A stretch of 38,093 nucleotides of DNA from a virus (taxonomy: Duplodnaviria > Caudoviricetes): IMG/VR virus record IMGVR_UViG_3300049201_000004, positions 1-38,093 of that record; one strand, written 5' to 3'. Position numbers and translations under genes: made by a program. Under the pieces are notes generated by a model. It was not told the DNA's origin and did no database searches. It saw nothing but the letters and a program-made list of their open reading frames with translations. How positions within the stretch are numbered: position 1 is the first letter of the stretch; every line of letters begins with the position of its first letter. Shown piece by piece: positions 36,624 through 38,093 of this stretch.

Positions 36624-36962
36624 ATGGAAAGAAATAACAGACAGATCCACAACCAAATGATGGGTCGCATACTAGTGGGCTTCATTGCCCTTCTTGTCGT
36701 TTGGCTGGTGTCCAGTGTCTGGATTCCGCCGCAGGGCAAGAGCTCGTTCGTGTGGTTCCTCGCCGGCTACTTGCTGTGCATGGTCATCACGTTCGGGTGC
36801 AGTGAGGCTGCGCGACGCGCCGAGGACCGGAGGGCCGAGACCTATCGTCTTCTCCAAGAAGCCATCAACAATCAGGCTCAACAAGCTGACTACCACAAGG
36901 CAAACGGTTTCGTACCGCCCGGCGAACTGGAAGAAGGCGGAGCTAGTGCCGAACGCGCGTGA
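36624..36962 (+). CDS. Two-helix membrane protein (112 aa)
   Basis: AGGAG RBS; two hydrophobic segments. Confidence 0.75.
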   Translation: MERNNRQIHNQMMGRILVGFIALLVVWLVSSVWIPPQGKSSFVWFLAGYLLCMVITFGCSEAARRAEDRRAETYRLLQEAINNQAQQADYHKANGFVPPGELEEGGASAERA

Positions 36963-36963
36963 C

Positions 36964-36972
36964 GTGTAAATA
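36964..36972 (+). promoter_or_regulatory. Candidate promoter motif GTGTAAATA (third copy)
   Basis: Fits in a 16-nt gap; ACGTGTAAATA (36962-36972) is identical to 30309-30319. Confidence 0.5.
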
Positions 36973-36978
36973 TGCCTC

Positions 36979-37443
36979 ATGGACAGCATGGACAATCAGG
37001 TAATCATGGACGAAACAACTAATAAGAACGAATTCAAACCGACGGAGGATTTCTGGCAGTACCTCCGTCGGGTCCCGTCCTCAGTATGCATGGTGCATCT
37101 GACTTCGGGCCCAAGCGCTATCCTTCAAGAAGCCCGCGAAACACGCGGCCTCAACATGATGACCGTTGACGTGACGACCCAGTCACCGGTCGAGTTTCCG
37201 TGGGTGTCTGGCTTCTGGCCGCTGATCATCAACCCGACTGGTGCATGGTGCCACCGAACTGTCGAGCGTGCGCGCCGTCAGGGTGCCTCCGTCATCTACG
37301 TTGGTCTGCGTGACCAGTACCGCAAGAAGATCGGTCACAACCAAATCGGTTATCGAGTGTACGGCAAGATGGGTGAACAGGGCGAGGCTCTGTACTTCTT
37401 GAAGTCACTCGACTTTTTCAAAGGCGGCAATCGCTCCGCCTAA
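36979..37443 (+). CDS. Hypothetical protein (up to 154 aa; start uncertain)
   Basis: Fits the gene run; several in-frame ATGs. Confidence 0.65.
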   Translation: MDSMDNQVIMDETTNKNEFKPTEDFWQYLRRVPSSVCMVHLTSGPSAILQEARETRGLNMMTVDVTTQSPVEFPWVSGFWPLIINPTGAWCHRTVERARRQGASVIYVGLRDQYRKKIGHNQIGYRVYGKMGEQGEALYFLKSLDFFKGGNRSA

Positions 37444-37452
37444 GGAGTTCCT

Positions 37453-37644
37453 TTGACCTACAACACTTTTCGACTCGTATGCTTCCTCACATGCCTGACC
37501 TTGACGGCGGCGGGCACGGTGGTATGCTTCTTCTTTCCTCTCAACTCTTGGGGTCCAGGACTGTTGATCAGCGGCTCGCTGCTCTGCATCCTGTTGGGCC
37601 TGACTCCTACTTCGAGTGGGAGCAAACGAAAGACACTAGAATGA
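37453..37644 (+). CDS. Small two-helix membrane protein (63 aa)
   Basis: TAAGGAG RBS before TTG; two hydrophobic segments. Confidence 0.65.
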   Translation: MTYNTFRLVCFLTCLTLTAAGTVVCFFFPLNSWGPGLLISGSLLCILLGLTPTSSGSKRKTLE

Positions 37645-37736
37645 TGGGCCGATTCCTCTATGGTCTTGGCTTCGCAGCCTTCCTAGGAGTGGTTATGACC
37701 CTCGTGGGTCTGCTGCTCTTCTGGCCCTACATCTAA
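37641..37736 (+). CDS. 31-aa membrane peptide
   Basis: ATGA overlap; MMGRFLYGLGFAAFLGVVMTLVGLLLFWPYI. Confidence 0.55.
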   Translation: MMGRFLYGLGFAAFLGVVMTLVGLLLFWPYI

Positions 37737-37753
37737 CTCAACAAGGAACAACA

Positions 37754-37999
37754 ATGACAACTCAACAATCCTACACCCTGCCGACCGACGAAGAAGTGCG
37801 CTTCTGTGGTGACGAGCTCTGGGTGCGCTCCAACGGTTCGCGCGTCACCATCATGTCCATGAGTGAGTCTCATGCTAAGAACGCGCTGCGCAAGATCATC
37901 CGCATGGTGCGGACGCAAGGCCAGATGCCAGAGTGGATGCAGCAAGCCATGGAACAGGCTCGTGCCGAGGAAGACGCTCCCGCTGCGCCGAAGGACTGA
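37754..37999 (+). CDS. Hypothetical protein (81 aa)
   Basis: AAGGA RBS; W...NG....I..MSESH.KNAL pattern seen in small phage proteins. Confidence 0.75.
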   Translation: MTTQQSYTLPTDEEVRFCGDELWVRSNGSRVTIMSMSESHAKNALRKIIRMVRTQGQMPEWMQQAMEQARAEEDAPAAPKD

Positions 38000-38001
38000 C
38001 C

Positions 38002-38093
38002 ATGTTGTTGTCCCTCACGCTCGAAGAGAACATGAGCACACGCAATTCGACCACGGGTCATCTGTCGGCCAACTATCCGGTCGCAAAACGCAG
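38002..38093 (+). CDS. Partial hypothetical protein running off the window
   Basis: AAGGA then ATG 38002; frame open to the end. Confidence 0.4.
   Translation, partial: MLLSLTLEENMSTRNSTTGHLSANYPVAKR

Noticed and set aside
30358-37753. Repeated CAAGGAACA upstream of several genes
   Set aside because: Explained as the Shine-Dalgarno sequence with an A-rich spacer.

Overview
This window is part of a large lytic myovirus (contractile-tailed phage) genome, GC-rich by eye. Positions 1-30178 are a minus-strand virion cluster. In transcription order it holds a Zn-ribbon/acidic scaffold-like protein, head decoration protein, major capsid protein, a charged internal-type protein, a neck/tail-completion protein with an accessory fibre module, sheath, tube and tube paralogue, tail chaperone, tape measure with an M15 peptidase, a lytic transglycosylase, baseplate genes (hub, spike, PAAR, gp25-like, J-like, I-like) and three tail fibres. 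From memory the layout resembles phiRSL1/Lu11/PaBG-type jumbo myoviruses; I have not checked this. Positions 30373-38093 are a divergent plus-strand block of mostly small genes. Main highlights: (1) a filamentous-phage gpII/X-like (Rep_trans-type) rolling-circle initiator preceded by a ~400 bp repeat- and palindrome-rich origin-like region; (2) a candidate anti-defence cluster (DUF2829/Tad2-like, MazG-like, NADAR, papain-like protein); (3) three frame switches in tail genes, one plausibly a programmed +1 shift; (4) a small 'HNL' domain repeated along a neck-to-fibre gene series; (5) three recurring intergenic motifs (TAATTTGATAT, GTGTAAATA, CGTCRGGTTAGCA). All family calls come from reading motifs by eye; no searches were run. 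I found no tRNA, CRISPR array or integrase.
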